Origin: Eremomyces bilateralis CBS 781.70
Taxonomy: Eukaryota
Strand: one strand, 5' to 3'
Length of the DNA stretch: 64,000 nucleotides
NCBI GenBank assembly: GCA_010015585.1
Contig: ML975149.1
Shown here: positions 49,579-62,682 of the stretch, piece after piece
Layout of the letters: each line of letters starts with the position of its first letter
How positions within the stretch are numbered: position 1 is the first letter of the stretch
The notes under the pieces: model-generated
The model's input: only the letters and a program-made list of their open reading frames with translations
Database searches by the model: none
What the model was told of the DNA's origin: nothing
Translations under genes and position numbers: made by a program

Positions 49579-51872
49579 TCATAAAGCTAGACCGGATCCA
49601 TTGACCGTCCATCGATACGGGGCCAGTATCTCCTGCGCTCGGGTCTGCCCTTCATTCCGTCCGCCGAATCCTCTGACCTGCCGAATCGTCGATCGCATCA
49701 CTTTGCAAAATTTCCTCTACGCCAATATGTTAGTGTCGTTCAACGGCGGCATTTCGGGGCACGTACCTGGTATTCGGTATGCAAGGTCACCACGCACGCC
49801 TCGTGGGCTCTCGTCACCGTCTCACACGCCGTAATCACACTCATGCTGGTGTTGTCTCGAAGTTTGTCCGCGATCAACAGCAATATGAGGCTGCCCTGAA
49901 GCAGCTGGATCCCGAAGAACCACGGCATAAAACTCAGATCCGGATCGTACTGGAGGATCTTCTCGGTCGCCTCCGCCGCCTTGATCCCGTGCGCCGCAGC
50001 GGCGAAAAAAGGCTCGGAGAATACCCACGGATCGGCTCCGTTGAACAATGAGAGTGGATCCCATTTGCCGTTGACAAGGATATGCAACGTGTTCATCACC
50101 TGTGTCCCGTAGGCGATGACCTTCCGCGTGTGCAGATCCGATTCCTTGGATCCTGACTGGTCCCCCTCTTCATCCAGGATGCAGAACCGCTGGGTTTCGA
50201 AGATCTGGAGACTGTCCCCATAGCCTTTCAGCCGCTGGGTGATCTCCTGCGCTTGCTCATCGATACCGGCGCTGGTAAGCCGGGGCATGAACCGCGCGTG
50301 GTTTCGGGCATAGTTGAGGTCGATGATTTCGCCGAGGATGGTCATGAGCGGAAGGAAGAAGCCGAAGATGCTGTGGTCGGTGCAGGAGACCGGAGGGCCT
50401 AGTTCGCGGGGGATGAAGGGCGTGGTATATTCATCGCCACTTTGCCAGATCGTGTCGTCAACAGGCTGGTAGAGAGCGTCGCATTCCGCGTCGAGGAGAA
50501 AGAGGGGCTTGTTGTAACATAGTGATAGATGTCTATCTACGGCAAAGAGAATCCACCAGGTCCGTCGCCGCTCCTCGCGCTCCTCTTCGGTGATGAGCGA
50601 CGACTCGTGTTTCGGCCCATCCTCGACGACTTCCCGGTTCAGGCCGAGTTCCCGTGCGAGAGACCAGGCAACGTTCCACCATCTGATGCTGGATGCCTTG
50701 AACTCGCTGGCGGAAACAACGGTGGCAAGGTGGATATACGTAATCACATCATCCAGTGTGGTATCGGCGAGCGAGCTTATATTCTCCTCCCTCCCTGGCA
50801 CTGGAGAGCTGAGGAAGCCTCCAGGTAACCTCTCCTCAAAGTACGAGCCACTCACCGGGAGTAGGGAAGTCCGGTTTGGTCGCAGAAGCTCTAGAAACAG
50901 GTCTAGCAGCTTCTCTGTGAGTTTTCTTCGCGCATTTGGAGGAGATGATAGCTCGGAGGCATCACTGGTATGCGCGCCGATCCAGAGAAGACTGACTAGC
51001 AGTGCTGGACTGCATGCCCGGGGGTTCATCGGGTGTAGAATTGAGCCTTTGCGGAAGATGTGGGCGATCACATAAGGCGAAGAAGGGTGAAGAAATCGAG
51101 GGGACATGCTTCGGAAGTATTCGTCGAGGAGGTCGCATGCTAGGGTCGCTGTCATGAATGATTGTATAAACGGCCAGCACGGCAATAAGACAGGGTATTT
51201 GAGATGTGGCATATCATGGTCTTGCCGTACACTTCCCATCCCGAATGCATCTTGTGAAAAGGCAAGAGAGATTCCCTGCTGGTCCTGAGGCCACATGGGA
51301 GGAGGTGATGCGTCAAACATGGGGACTTCTGCGGCCTTTTGCCAATCGAGTTGGGCAGGCGGTGATTCAGATGATTCCAACCCATCAGGACCGGAGAAAT
51401 TGTAGAGATTGGCATGGCTGGGTGAGGTAGCTGTCGTGTTGTGGTCCATTAGCTTGGTAGGCGGCGACATTCCACTTCCATTGACAGCAGTCGAATGACC
51501 AGAGATAGACTCTGGGTTGGCGGTTGACGACACAGACGGTGATCGCTGCGGAGATGCTGGCGTAGCAATCGATTGACTTTGGGATGTCGTATGGGCCTGG
51601 CTAAGCTGCTTCTCTTTCTGTGTCCTTCTCCCCCGCTTCTTGGGCTCTCTGTAGTATCCGCACGGCAATGAGAGTTCTTGAATGGTTCCAGATCAGCATG
51701 TTTTCAGGCATAATTGTCAAGTATAATTACCATTGCAGTGCCGGCAGGGAAACTCGCCATCGCATTTTGTTCTTAGACGGTAGCACTCGTCGCATGCCTT
51801 GCTGACCCTCTGCCGCTGGAGGGAATGAGATCTAAACCGGACAGGCTTTTTGATTCCCTGCAATTGTTCCAT
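49579..51872 (-). CDS. Zn(II)2Cys6 transcription factor of the XlnR/AraR family (3 predicted exons; start uncertain)
   Basis: [80 protein letters not shown] and terminal [12 protein letters not shown]. Confidence 0.85.
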
Positions 51873-54074
51873 TGTGGGGGAGGCACTGGAGAAGGTCGAC
51901 GGCCGATCAGTCAAGAGTCAAGACGGATGGGCTGCACGCTGCAAACACATGCGGTACGTAGTTACGCACCGGGAGCGGGAAAATTGGGGAAATCAGGACC
52001 CCGAATGAAAACGAGGAAGTTAAGAATCGACTTAGCACGTTTGCAGGTTCTCCGCACTATGTGGTCCCCACGATATCCCCGCCTGCAATGTTTGGATGAG
52101 ACGGACTGGCGGAGCGTCTAACAGTGGACGGAATAGTGCCGAAATGTCTAGACTCGAGAGGGAATCCGCTTAGGACTTAGGGCGGTCGGGAGTCAGAACG
52201 TCAAGATTCAAGAAACGCGCGGCGAATCGACCCTGACCAAGAAAGAGGGGACATTGGGTACTGTGTCCTAGTGACCACCGGCATCGCTGTCACAATATGC
52301 GTGCATTACTCCCGTCAAGGGTTCATTCGGAGTCAATATGGCATTCAGTATTCATCTTAAGACGCGCAGCGCCTGTTTGTCTCAGATGCCGTGACTCCGT
52401 CCTTACTGCCCAGACGCTACCAGTATTAGTGAGCAAGCCGCTGATCACAATTCCACACGTGAAAAAGTTTAGTGTCCTGGAAGTAATACTCTAGATATCT
52501 GGACATTTGTGAGAATTGAGAGCGTTCAATAGCCGGGCAGATATAGGCAGAAGGAGCCTCGTCCGGAGGAGCCGAACCGTGGTTGTCCACCAATCGTCTG
52601 GTGCGATGAATGAAAAGTTCGATTCTTCGACCTGGACTCCTGGAGCGTCTACCCAGTCATTATCGTCTTTTGGCAATTGGCAAGCAATATCCTTGCTCCC
52701 AGCGAGTAGGCACCTTAGTCGCCGAGCGGGTCGCCTGGGTGAAAATGAAAGTCCTGTATGCATCATGCTGCTTTTGGTATTGAAGGAGGACGCTAGATCC
52801 AGCAGCTTTTCATGATTAAAGATTGGATTAAAGAACTGCAAAGGGAACGTCCACCTCATATCTTCCTCTCATCCTCTTCATCCGTGGTTCGTATCAACGT
52901 TCCTACATCAACCGAGACAGTCGACGGAGAGGCATTGTCGTGCAGCGCTCGTACCTCCTCGAGCTGGACACATTAATATACCATAGACGACGCAGGCGTG
53001 CCTGGCTTGATTGCCCAGAAGGTCCATAACGCTTGAACTTAAAATCTCCCCTTGTGCTCACCGACCAACGAAAAATCCGTGTCTTCGTCGGACATTGGAG
53101 GCTCAGACCTTATTTCGACCACGCCAGGTAACTGAAGGTACTCCCTCCTTATACAAGTTGAGCGACGAAAGAGCCAAAAATGGAAAGCCAGATGATGACC
53201 ATAAAAATCTCATACAAAGCACAGCGGGAGGCTTGTCCAGCTGTGTTGGACGTATTTAGTATTATTGGCTTCGCCCCCCATCCTGAACGTCTCTCGTCGC
53301 GTTTCATTCCTCCTTCAAGTTTCTTGAATATAGTCGTTCATTTCCTAAATCCAAGTCTTGTCTCGGCGTATGAAGACTAATCTTTCCTAGATTTGGACCG
53401 CGAAATAATGCCGAAGAATCATGGACAGTACACCGTCCTTAGAGCTGAGTTGGTCCATTTTGAGTTCGATCCGCCTCGTGAGCCTGCTCACCAGTGCGCC
53501 AAAGCACATCACTTCCTCATCTTCAGGCTACTGATGCTTGCCATTGTCAGAACCTGCGCCTTGATTGCAGCCTTCCGAGTCTTCATTATTGATTGGTCCT
53601 CCGGGCGTTGGGAAACAAACATAAACTGCTTTCATACCGGCTATTTAATCGCGATTGCTTGTAGAACAGTAGAGCGCGTACTTATTGCCGAAAAGGTTGC
53701 TCTTAGCGTATTGCGAATCCCGATGTGTCTTTGAAGAGGGCGGGTGTTTCGTTTGGGGAGATTCCCTTAAAAGCACGGGAAGTAGACTGGCCACACTGGC
53801 CATAATTAGTATTACTAGGACTTGCACCCACAGTTTCCAGGAGGCTGAGAAGGGGACCGGAGCGGCTGGAGGATTCGATCAGGTCGTTTATGCTTTGGAA
53901 CGACGAAATGTATACGTAAGATGAACTATTGACATGAACAAAGCGCCCTTGTGAGCGGAAAACAACAGCATGGAAAGTCCTTCTATTTTGACCGACTACA
54001 GTCCGAAATCTTATAAAGATTTCTAGAAGGGAGATCTAACGCCACCGACGCTGGTACTTCTATTGACAACACTC

Positions 54075-55748
54075 TCACGACCATCTAGGTCTAATATTCC
54101 CACCTATCCTCCTCCAAAACTGATTTCTTCCCATCCACCACCCAGCCAACCCCCCCATAGTCAAGCCCGACATCATAACCACTCTCCATAACACCATCCC
54201 TTGCCACTTCGCCCGCGTTTCCACCTCGGAATACCGCATATTCCCAAAACTTACCCTAGCATACTGCGTTGCCCATCCAAGACGTGGCACGTACAAGCTC
54301 AGCCACTCCTCGACGTGCTTCCGGAACAGGTACCAGCGGGATCGGACGTCCGCACGCATTTCTTGGTAGTTGCGAATTGCCAGGTCGTTGATTGCAGCGG
54401 TGTCCGGGTGGCGTTGAGCGGAATAGGCGGCGAGCGCAGTGCTGCGGGCTTGAGCAGAGGAATCGCCCTTCGACGACGAGGCGGGCGTCCCAGTCTGCGA
54501 TGCAGTCGCAGAATATTGATCTAGGATCTCGAAAAGCACGCGTACGTCTTCCATCCCGGTGTTCATACCTTGACCGTAGAATGGGACCATGGCATGAGCT
54601 GCGTCGCCTACAATAACGACGCTGGAGCCGAAGTGGTACGGCGTGCATTTGATCGATATCAATGGCAAATGCGGATTCTCCTTGTACTGCCTCACCGCAT
54701 CCTCTTCCGTGATAAGATCCGGGATGATGCCAGGATAATTCTTCTGGAAGAACGGGATCACTGACCGCGGGTCCTGATCTAATTGTTCGAACTTCTCGGC
54801 CTGGAGGAAAAGCGTGCACGTGAAACTCGTGTCCAGGTTCGGGATCGCGAGGAACATGTGCGACCCGGCCGGCCAAATGTGGAAATGGTTGGGTGAAATC
54901 CGGAATCCGCCCGTCACCGATGGGGGGATCTGAAACTCACACCAAAGGGTGTCAATGTATTCTTGCTGGTAGTTCAATCGCGCGAACTTCATCAGATGAT
55001 ACCGCACGGCGGAATGTGCCCCGTCCGCTCCGATCATGAAGTCAAAATCCACTTCCGCTTCGTCATGCGCTTGGCTCGTCTCGCTGTTCCCGTGTGGAGT
55101 GCGTCGCTCGAACCAGGCCTTGTTCTTCCGAAAATCGGCACCAACGAGTTTGTGGTGGAAGAAGAATTTGACGTTGGGCATCGCCGCAAGGACATCGAGG
55201 AGCCTCTTGTTCAGCGCTCCGCGGTCGATGGCACGCTGGACCTGTTTTCGGTCAGTCGAATTGTTTCGAAACGAGTTTGTAAACCCACCCTCCCGTGGGC
55301 ATCATATGCCTGCGCTTGGGAATACAGCTGGCCTTTGTGCTCTCCATGAATCATTCGGCCCTCAATGGGGATTGTAATATCAAAGATCGACTCCCGTAAA
55401 CCCGGATAATTGGCATTTCGTATTCCATTAATCCCTCGTTCTGATATGGCCAAGTTGATAGATCGTGTGAAATTCAAGGGTATAGTCCGAGAGTCACGGA
55501 GGTCTGGATGAAGGACTCAGAGCTGGAGATGTAGAGGGTAGAGGCATTGAAAACACAATAACATAGATGGACTGAATAAAAACATAACGGAAATTCCTGA
55601 GTCAACAATAGAGTGATTCAATTGCAATGAAAGTATGTAACGACTGACCTCCACGGAGCTCATACACCTCGACGTCCTCTCCTCGTTGAGCGGCATATAT
55701 CGCTGCTAAGGCGCCTACAGGACCGGCGCCAACCACAATCGTCTTCAT
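54075..55748 (-). CDS. BNA4: Kynurenine 3-monooxygenase, 3 exons
   Basis: [56 protein letters not shown] and NYQEMR, plus a C-terminal membrane anchor. Confidence 0.95.
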
Positions 55749-56358
55749 CTTTCAAAGACCTCGACGCTCAGATATTATCGTTGTCACGGATAGATCTACA
55801 AGTCATTCAACAACTTGTAAAAGGAGGAGGAGGCATTGTCGAGGTATGACTCGGTTGACACCATTATCAGCACTTGGTGTGTTGCCTGAGGCACCGAGCG
55901 TCCAAAATCCCAGCCACCTCCAGTCCGATCTCATCCGATCCGGATTCCTCTCCGCGAGTCCGACTGTATATAAATTCTTATGGACCATCGTAAAAGCAGT
56001 TCGATATTGATGAGAGTTATTCATCCGTGTGGAAGAACATTACAATGATTGATTCCATAGCTGTGCGATTTCGTCCCAGATTCGTGTAATGTTTACACAA
56101 TATTATATTACTATATTAGAGCGCATATGCATAGCGGTTCATCAAGGCCGCTCATATGCGGTCATGCCTCATCTCATATCAACAAGGGAGCACATATTCG
56201 GAGCCGGTCGAAGCAGGCGGGCTCCGTAGCAATATCAATGGTCGTGTTCCGCAGCACAGCAGCGTATTCGTGACCAAAGCCTTATTAAACCAGACGCCGC
56301 ATCCCCCCCTTCATTACCATGGATCCCAATGCAGTACATCATGCCACGCTCGTCCAAT

Positions 56359-57300
56359 TCATTCGCCCTGCGTCTCCACCGGCTTTCCTTCATTCACTGG
56401 CGTCTGAATTCTCTGATTCACCGCCGCCAATTCCGCCCCCTGCCCGCTCTGCCCTCGCCTTCTCCCGCCAAACAACGCCGGTAAGTGGCCATGTGCGGAC
56501 GCCGGCCGCGCTTCGTGGTTGGAATGGCTCTCAGTGGTTTCGCCGAACCGGGCGAAGAGCCCTTTTTTCTTCGGCTTCGGCTCGTCGTTGAGCGAAACGT
56601 CTTCGAGGGTGTCTTCGTCTGGTATGGCGGGGTGGGGTCGGCGTGGTTCGTTCGTAGGGGGGCGGGGGACGCGGGGGAAGGAGAGGGTGCGGGAATCGAA
56701 GCTGCGGCGTTCGTTGTTGGGGATGGGGGAGCGGGCGGAGATGTCCTGTACGTCGGCAAATTAGTATGGCGCATTGGGATGAGGATTGGAGGTCGGGGGT
56801 TGCACGTACGAATGATCGTCGGTACGAATCGAAGGATTCTCGGGAGATATTGAACGGCTCCTTCTCGCTGAGCATACTTCGATGGTTGGACGAGGAGGTC
56901 GAGACATTCGAGCGGCTGAGCCAGGATCGTTTCTGATCCGGAGGGGATGGCTACAAAAGGCGAAAGTCAGGATCCATACAGTAGATACAAAACATCTTGC
57001 GATTTGCGCGGGATTGGCTCCTCATACCGGTAGATAGACTCCGCTGTCGTTGATTTCTATCGTGTTGTCAGATCCGCCCACATGCAATTTGGTTCACCCC
57101 GCATCGCAATGGGTAGATTCTTCAACGAACGCAAGGATCGCAGGTGGCATACCGCTCATCTTGTATTCCGTCGGCTTCTTAATGTCCAACGGGTTCGGCG
57201 ACGGGCGCCTGGATTCCGGGTCGCCACCGTCATGCCCAATTGGCTGGTTCTCGTCCTGAATATCGATGGCTGGCCGGCGGAAAGGGTTGCGGATAGGCAT
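56359..57300 (-). CDS. Conserved fungal hypothetical protein (4 predicted exons)
   Basis: Spliced reading MPIRNPFRR..PTEYKMS|EINDSGVYLP|PSPP..EPFNISRESFDSYRRSF|DISARSP..KKKGLFARFG..GQSGQGAEL, with consistent GT-AG introns. Confidence 0.7.
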
Positions 57301-58195
57301 GGCGGGGAAGGGCAGAGACACGCAGTCGTCGATTGAGGTGGTTAAATCGTTCAACGATCCCCTAGAAATGTGCAACGGAGAGCAATGTCGTGTGCGACAG
57401 GACTATGTACACAGTATGGGTGAAATGGCTGAGAGCAGTTTAAACATTGACAGCGCAAGTCGCGAGTCGCTGATTATACGGCGATCAGATGGCGCAGTTC
57501 CTCGATCGGATCAAGATGGGAAGATGCAAGGGCAATCGGAATCATCGGGCACCATTAAGGCTCGGCACCAGTGGAGTACCGCAGTTATTCCCACTTGCCG
57601 CCGGCTCCGGTGGTCCCATGGAACTGAAGGGTTGTGCATCGCCATCAGCATATCGACGTATCGTCAATGTCGGAGATTGCGCCTCGCTGACAGATGTCAA
57701 CAAACTTCAGCAAACTTCAACAAACTCGCCGAGTATTTGTATACCGCAAATAGAGAGTCGCTAGCTGGTGTTTTAGACATTATTTCGTCATATTTCTGCC
57801 GTAGCCCGTATCCCACGAAGGCGCGGCGGCGTGGGTTGGAGTTATGAAAGTGGAGGGAACCTCGGTGATCTACATCCATGATGTCAGGTCGCAAGAGAGA
57901 TCTTCTGCTGCTCCCTCTACATAAAACCGCGTAGTTCCCCTCAAGGAGGAAGTCTTGCGTCATTAATGGGAACGATGTGCACTTCATTGACCATAGCCCA
58001 TCGGAGGAAGATGATCGCTCTACATACACCAGACAGGTCCCCTGAATTGTGATAGAAGATCGCTCAGGTGACACTGATGATGGGCGTCTAATTGAAGGGC
58101 CATAATGTCTGGATTCCAGTGTTGACATACTATAATTCCATCGATGACCGAACCCCTTAGTATCTCCGTACAGGCTAGGCGCGTCACTGTGTATC

Positions 58196-59197
58196 TCAGT
58201 TCTTCCTCTCTGCTTTATTAGCGACCTTGCGAATCGTCCTGATATGATTGGAGGTGGTCCTACAGCATCCACCGATGCCAGAAGCACCCAGTGCTACCCA
58301 CTCTCTAACGTTCCGACCCCAAGTATCCAAAGTTGCAGCATCATTTTCGATCCAGTGCCTCGACTCTGCGTCCCAGGCTTCCCCTGAATTGGGATACACG
58401 AAGACGTTCTTCGACGTGTTTGGCACGATACTTTTCAGAGCTGAACCCACCTCCTCAGGGGGGATGCAGTTCACGCCAACAGCGATGATCTGTTCGTTCC
58501 GTTCTATTGGCGGGAGAATCTGGTCCCAACATGTGCCGTCTGCGATCATCTCAGGGTGGCCAGGTCTGGTTGTAAAGCTCAGCCAGCATCTTGCCATTGG
58601 AAACTCCGTTTCCAGGAGCCCAAGCACTGCAGTCGCTTCATCCCAGTTTGGAAACGTCTCTAAAGCAAGTAGATCCACTCCGGAATCGAGTAGAGCTGCA
58701 ATACGCGGACGATGGAAGTCCATGAACTCTGGCCATGGCAGTTCATAATCTCCGCGATACTCTGCTCCATTAGCCAAATATGCGCCATATGGACCGACAC
58801 TTCCAGCGACCAGGAGCACAGGTGCAGGTATCCCCGCTGCAGTTAGATGTGTCTGTGCATCTTCTCTTGCCGATTTTGCGAGCTCGGCGCTCTTCGCAAT
58901 CAAGGAAGCGCTTTCTTCTGGTGACAGCCCTTGGTGCTTTGCCAGACCAATTGGCGATGCTTGGTAAGACGCGGTCGTGACAACATTGGCTCCAGCTAGG
59001 TAGGCCTCGAGATGAATCGAGCGGATGAGGTCCGGATGGGACGTGGGGAGGGGTGCTGACCATAGCGGCGTCGATAGTGCGGCAGAACCGAGAGTGCTCT
59101 CCAGGCGGGTGGACAAGGCACCGTCTAGAACAAGAAGTTCGGGGAACGACTCCGGAATCTGTCCACACGTGGACTTAGCTTCGATGTCTCTGTCCAT
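58196..59197 (-). CDS. Homocysteine S-methyltransferase (MmuM/Mht1/Sam4 family)
   Basis: VLDG, PLWSA, TASYQA, AGSVGPYGAYLANGAEYRGDY, GVNC, VYPNSGE and IGGCC (Zn ligands); intronless 333 aa. Confidence 0.93.
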   Translation of the reverse strand: MDRDIEAKSTCGQIPESFPELLVLDGALSTRLESTLGSAALSTPLWSAPLPTSHPDLIRSIHLEAYLAGANVVTTASYQASPIGLAKHQGLSPEESASLIAKSAELAKSAREDAQTHLTAAGIPAPVLLVAGSVGPYGAYLANGAEYRGDYELPWPEFMDFHRPRIAALLDSGVDLLALETFPNWDEATAVLGLLETEFPMARCWLSFTTRPGHPEMIADGTCWDQILPPIERNEQIIAVGVNCIPPEEVGSALKSIVPNTSKNVFVYPNSGEAWDAESRHWIENDAATLDTWGRNVREWVALGASGIGGCCRTTSNHIRTIRKVANKAERKN

Positions 59198-60314
59198 GCT
59201 CCGACATCCACATGGCTGTTCGGGCGGTTAGCATGGTTGATCAGAACCCTGGGACCGATCATACGATTTGCAGCAAGTCTGGACCTAATTTGGAGGGGGA
59301 CTGGAAGTCGTAATTTATCAGGTGTGCTGCTTAATATATGGGTACTTGAAGCGCGCCCAGCGGCGAGGAAGACCAAACGACATGAGATGCAGTGGTAATG
59401 ACGAGGCATCGGAAAGCAGGAATCTGACAGAATTTGAAAATGGCAACATTATGAGCGGAAAATTCTCATGACTGTTTGTATATGGCAAGAAAGAGACGTA
59501 GTGAACGATGGAATAGATTCCAAGTGTGCTCTGGAAACTGAGAAATCTCGCGGCTTCATTGCTGGAGAAGATCCTTGTGACATACCTATCCAGGAAGTGG
59601 AAATGTAAGAGGCACAGTCTTAAAATGAGTGCAATATATCGTACATACGTTGAGAGAAAGAATGAAGGATTTGGCGCCGTGGAGATGGTGTTTTCTATCA
59701 AACGGTCAGATCCGAACAAGGGGAGGCTGGAGAACAATTTCACGATGTCTATTATTATTATGCATGAACTTACCTATGAACGAAACATTAGTGAGTACTC
59801 CGTAGTAATAAGGCCCTTGTAGTTTCCTACTGTAGTGTGCGTATAGTTGATTACTACGATTAACTACTCGTACCGCGCAACTACGTGTAGGTATGTATAG
59901 TGTCGTCATTAGGTAATTACAATATTACAGGTATTGGACAGACATGTTGTCGCAGGCCAAGGCATGAGCTCTACAGCTAGGAGTCCAAGGCTACAAACTG
60001 CATTAATAATCTTGCCGTGACTCTCGTAACTATAGATATCTGTAGGGGATCAGGCATTCAGCTAGAACACAGAACTTACACACAACACACTATGGTATAC
60101 AAACAACTTCGCTGCTGGAACAACAGCACCTCACTCCCAACCATTTTAGCACATCACATACGACACATGTTCTTAAAAACACTAGATGGTCTTTGAAAAG
60201 CTTCCTCCAAGTTCTTCCTAGACTATCGACGTGGGCGCGGCATTTCTATCGACTCTTTTCTACTAGTTTGCACAGTGTATCTGGCCATCAGTTCCTACTC
60301 CACAGGATTTTCCC

Positions 60315-61602
60315 TCATTCGAAGCAGCCGCAGCAACTGGTGCACTGCTCAGATTCCCCCCAATACCATAAGAGCCCAGCTCGTACTCCAGTCCGAACCA
60401 ACAAGAGACTTCTGGAGTATCTAGTCATCCATCCCAACTGCCAACACCCAAGTCGATGTTCACCTGTTATAACAGGGGCTAGCACTCTCTCAAACGGAAC
60501 CCCTAGATCAATCCAGTTGCGCCAGCTGCTCCCAAGCCATGGCTTATGTCTGACATAGTAATTCGCTCCCAGCGCAAACACATCCAGCTGTTTAGAGCTG
60601 CAGCTTACAACCTTAGGTGAGGACCTTAATTGCCATCTAAGGTCCACCTAGTCGGCGCCCCAAGCCCTCCCAATCTAGGCATTGTGAAGCATCGAGTCAT
60701 CCGACCCAATCCCAAACATATCAATCCTGCCCGGGACACATGAGACAACCGCAGGCCTGCCCTTGAGCTTCCCGCCGATGCTAGCCCATTCCCCGTCCCA
60801 ATGCTGGCCTTCGTTCTCGCCCTACGCTTTATGCGCCATCCCATCCGATACGTTCCGGGCAAATGCGTTGAGCCTCTTCTCGCCCCATGTTGAGACGGCA
60901 GGCGGCGACCCGCAGTTCTCGCCTGAGGTCCACTGCCCGTCCCAGTGCTTGTTTGCACACAGCTTCGTGTACCTCGCACTGTTGCCTTGTTCCCCGAAGA
61001 CATCGAGGCTACCTTGGGCCGAGGACACGGCGACGGGTGGGCAGGTGAACACCCTACCCAGGTCGACCCAGGCCGCGTCCCACCCGCTGGCGTTGCCGGA
61101 CTTTGACGAGCAATTGCTTCGAGCTACTGAGCTTCGAGCTACTGAGCCTGAAGATGGATGTCCGCAGCGTGGAGCTCCAGGACGCCATTGTGGGGACTTG
61201 CGGGCAGATGGTGCCGCGGCAGGTGCTCGGCGGCGATGTAGCATCGGGGGCTGCAATATCGGCGGTGGCGGTCCATGTCACGCTGCTTAACGGGGCTCGA
61301 GAGGTGACCAGGGAACTGGCAAAGATTGAGTTCGATTATTGACGGCTCGATTTTTTTGCAGTATAACTCACCTTGGGCTCGAGTGGTCGCGCCCGGCCCG
61401 CGTCGAATCTGTTCCGCCCACTGCACCTCCGATCGTGCCAGCAACAGCTACGAGGACTAGAAGGGCATTGAGCAACCACAATAGGCGTCTTCGCGACGTA
61501 CCTTTTCCCGTCGTCGGCCGTCGCGATTGTCGCGCGACCATCATGCTGTTCAATGTGATCCACACTTGCAGGTACAGCCTCTGGCAGGTTCAGGAGGGCC
61601 AC
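60315..61602 (-). pseudogene. Membrane-anchored PLL/fucose-lectin-like beta-propeller pseudogene
   Basis: TM segment (RRRLLWLLNALLVLVAVAGTIGGAVGG) precedes ~47-aa repeats of the form W.DLGG...SPPAVVSW...RLDVF..G.D..M.HK.W. The frame is broken by TAG stops at 60824-60822, 60677-60675 and 60650-60648 and by frameshifts. Confidence 0.75.
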
Positions 61603-62261
61603 CTCTATAGTAACCCTGGATATGAAAATCGCCGTTTGCCGGGGGAATCCTCCATTGCTGCCACGCTGATAAAGGCTGGCAGGGCCAGAAAAAGTGGTAA
61701 GATTGCGATCTCAACCTCATAAACCACAGCAGTACTCCTGGTACTGGACAGCAGAGCGGGATGCAAAACCGCTTCCCCTCCGTCGCGCCACTCAAAAGCT
61801 CATATTCCACATGTCAAAGCCTCACTTTCTGTGTACCCCGGTTTTCGTGCACCTTGACACGGTTGTGAATGATACGGAGTACAAGAACTGCAGTTACCAA
61901 TTCTATTATTCTACACTAGGTATCTAGGAACTGGTATCTTTGCTGAATCATCCTGTGTATTGTGTACTTGGGCAGGTACCAGTTGTAGCCAAGGCCCCGA
62001 ACTGTTGGCTCGTCCGGGCTCTAGCCTCGGTAACCCCCCTACCAGCAGGCACATCCCTCCAGTTTGCATCAAACCCTTCACCATCCTTCCCACTCTTCGG
62101 ATTCATCCAGCGGTTCTACTCGCCTCCGAACCGCTCTTCGCCCCAATGCAATATCGAGATGCCGTATGAATGGCTAAAAAGGTTTGTATACGTATATTTT
62201 CTTTTTCATCAAATCTTATTCGACGAATCAAACGAGGGAAGCCATTCTTTTCCCCTCCTCG

Positions 62262-62306
62262 GACAGATGTTGCAATGACAGATGTTGCAATGACAGATGC
62301 TGCAAC
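62262..62306. repeat. 15-bp tandem repeat x3
   Basis: GACAGATGTTGCAAT GACAGATGTTGCAAT GACAGATGCTGCAAC. Confidence 0.85.
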
Positions 62307-62682
62307 GGGATTCATGGCTTCAGCTTATTCTGCATTTAATTGATTGCTCTTATTGGAATGCCAAACCTAGGAAAAGCCAATTGCCCTCCTTGTGCAATAT
62401 TGTGCGTACGGAGTAGAAAAAGACCGGCTGGCGGTTCGAGGCATTCCTACCTTTATAGCTGGCCTGGATAATTATTGTATAAAAAGCTCATTAGTTCTCT
62501 TCATTGGAGTCTATATCCTCCGTTTCATACTCCAAAAGTACAGCTCCGATTTCCTTCAGTCACTCCTTTCTGATTTGAGCATTGTTCGGAGAACAGTCTC
62601 CTTGCTGCAGGCAGCCATAAGGCCATCGTTCATCGTCATTCCTTATCTGCTGTATTGTTAACAATCCCCCCTGGTATCCACC

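Noticed and set aside
52100..54000. Coding-like fragments on the minus strand
   Set aside because: Frames are broken and no family could be recognised; possibly a decayed gene, but unsupported.
60648..60824. TAG recoding or readthrough in the lectin gene
   Set aside because: Neighbouring genes end in TAG normally and the locus also has frameshifts, so mutation is the simpler explanation.
62262..62306. Possible CRISPR-like repeat
   Set aside because: Eukaryotic context, no spacers; a simple minisatellite.
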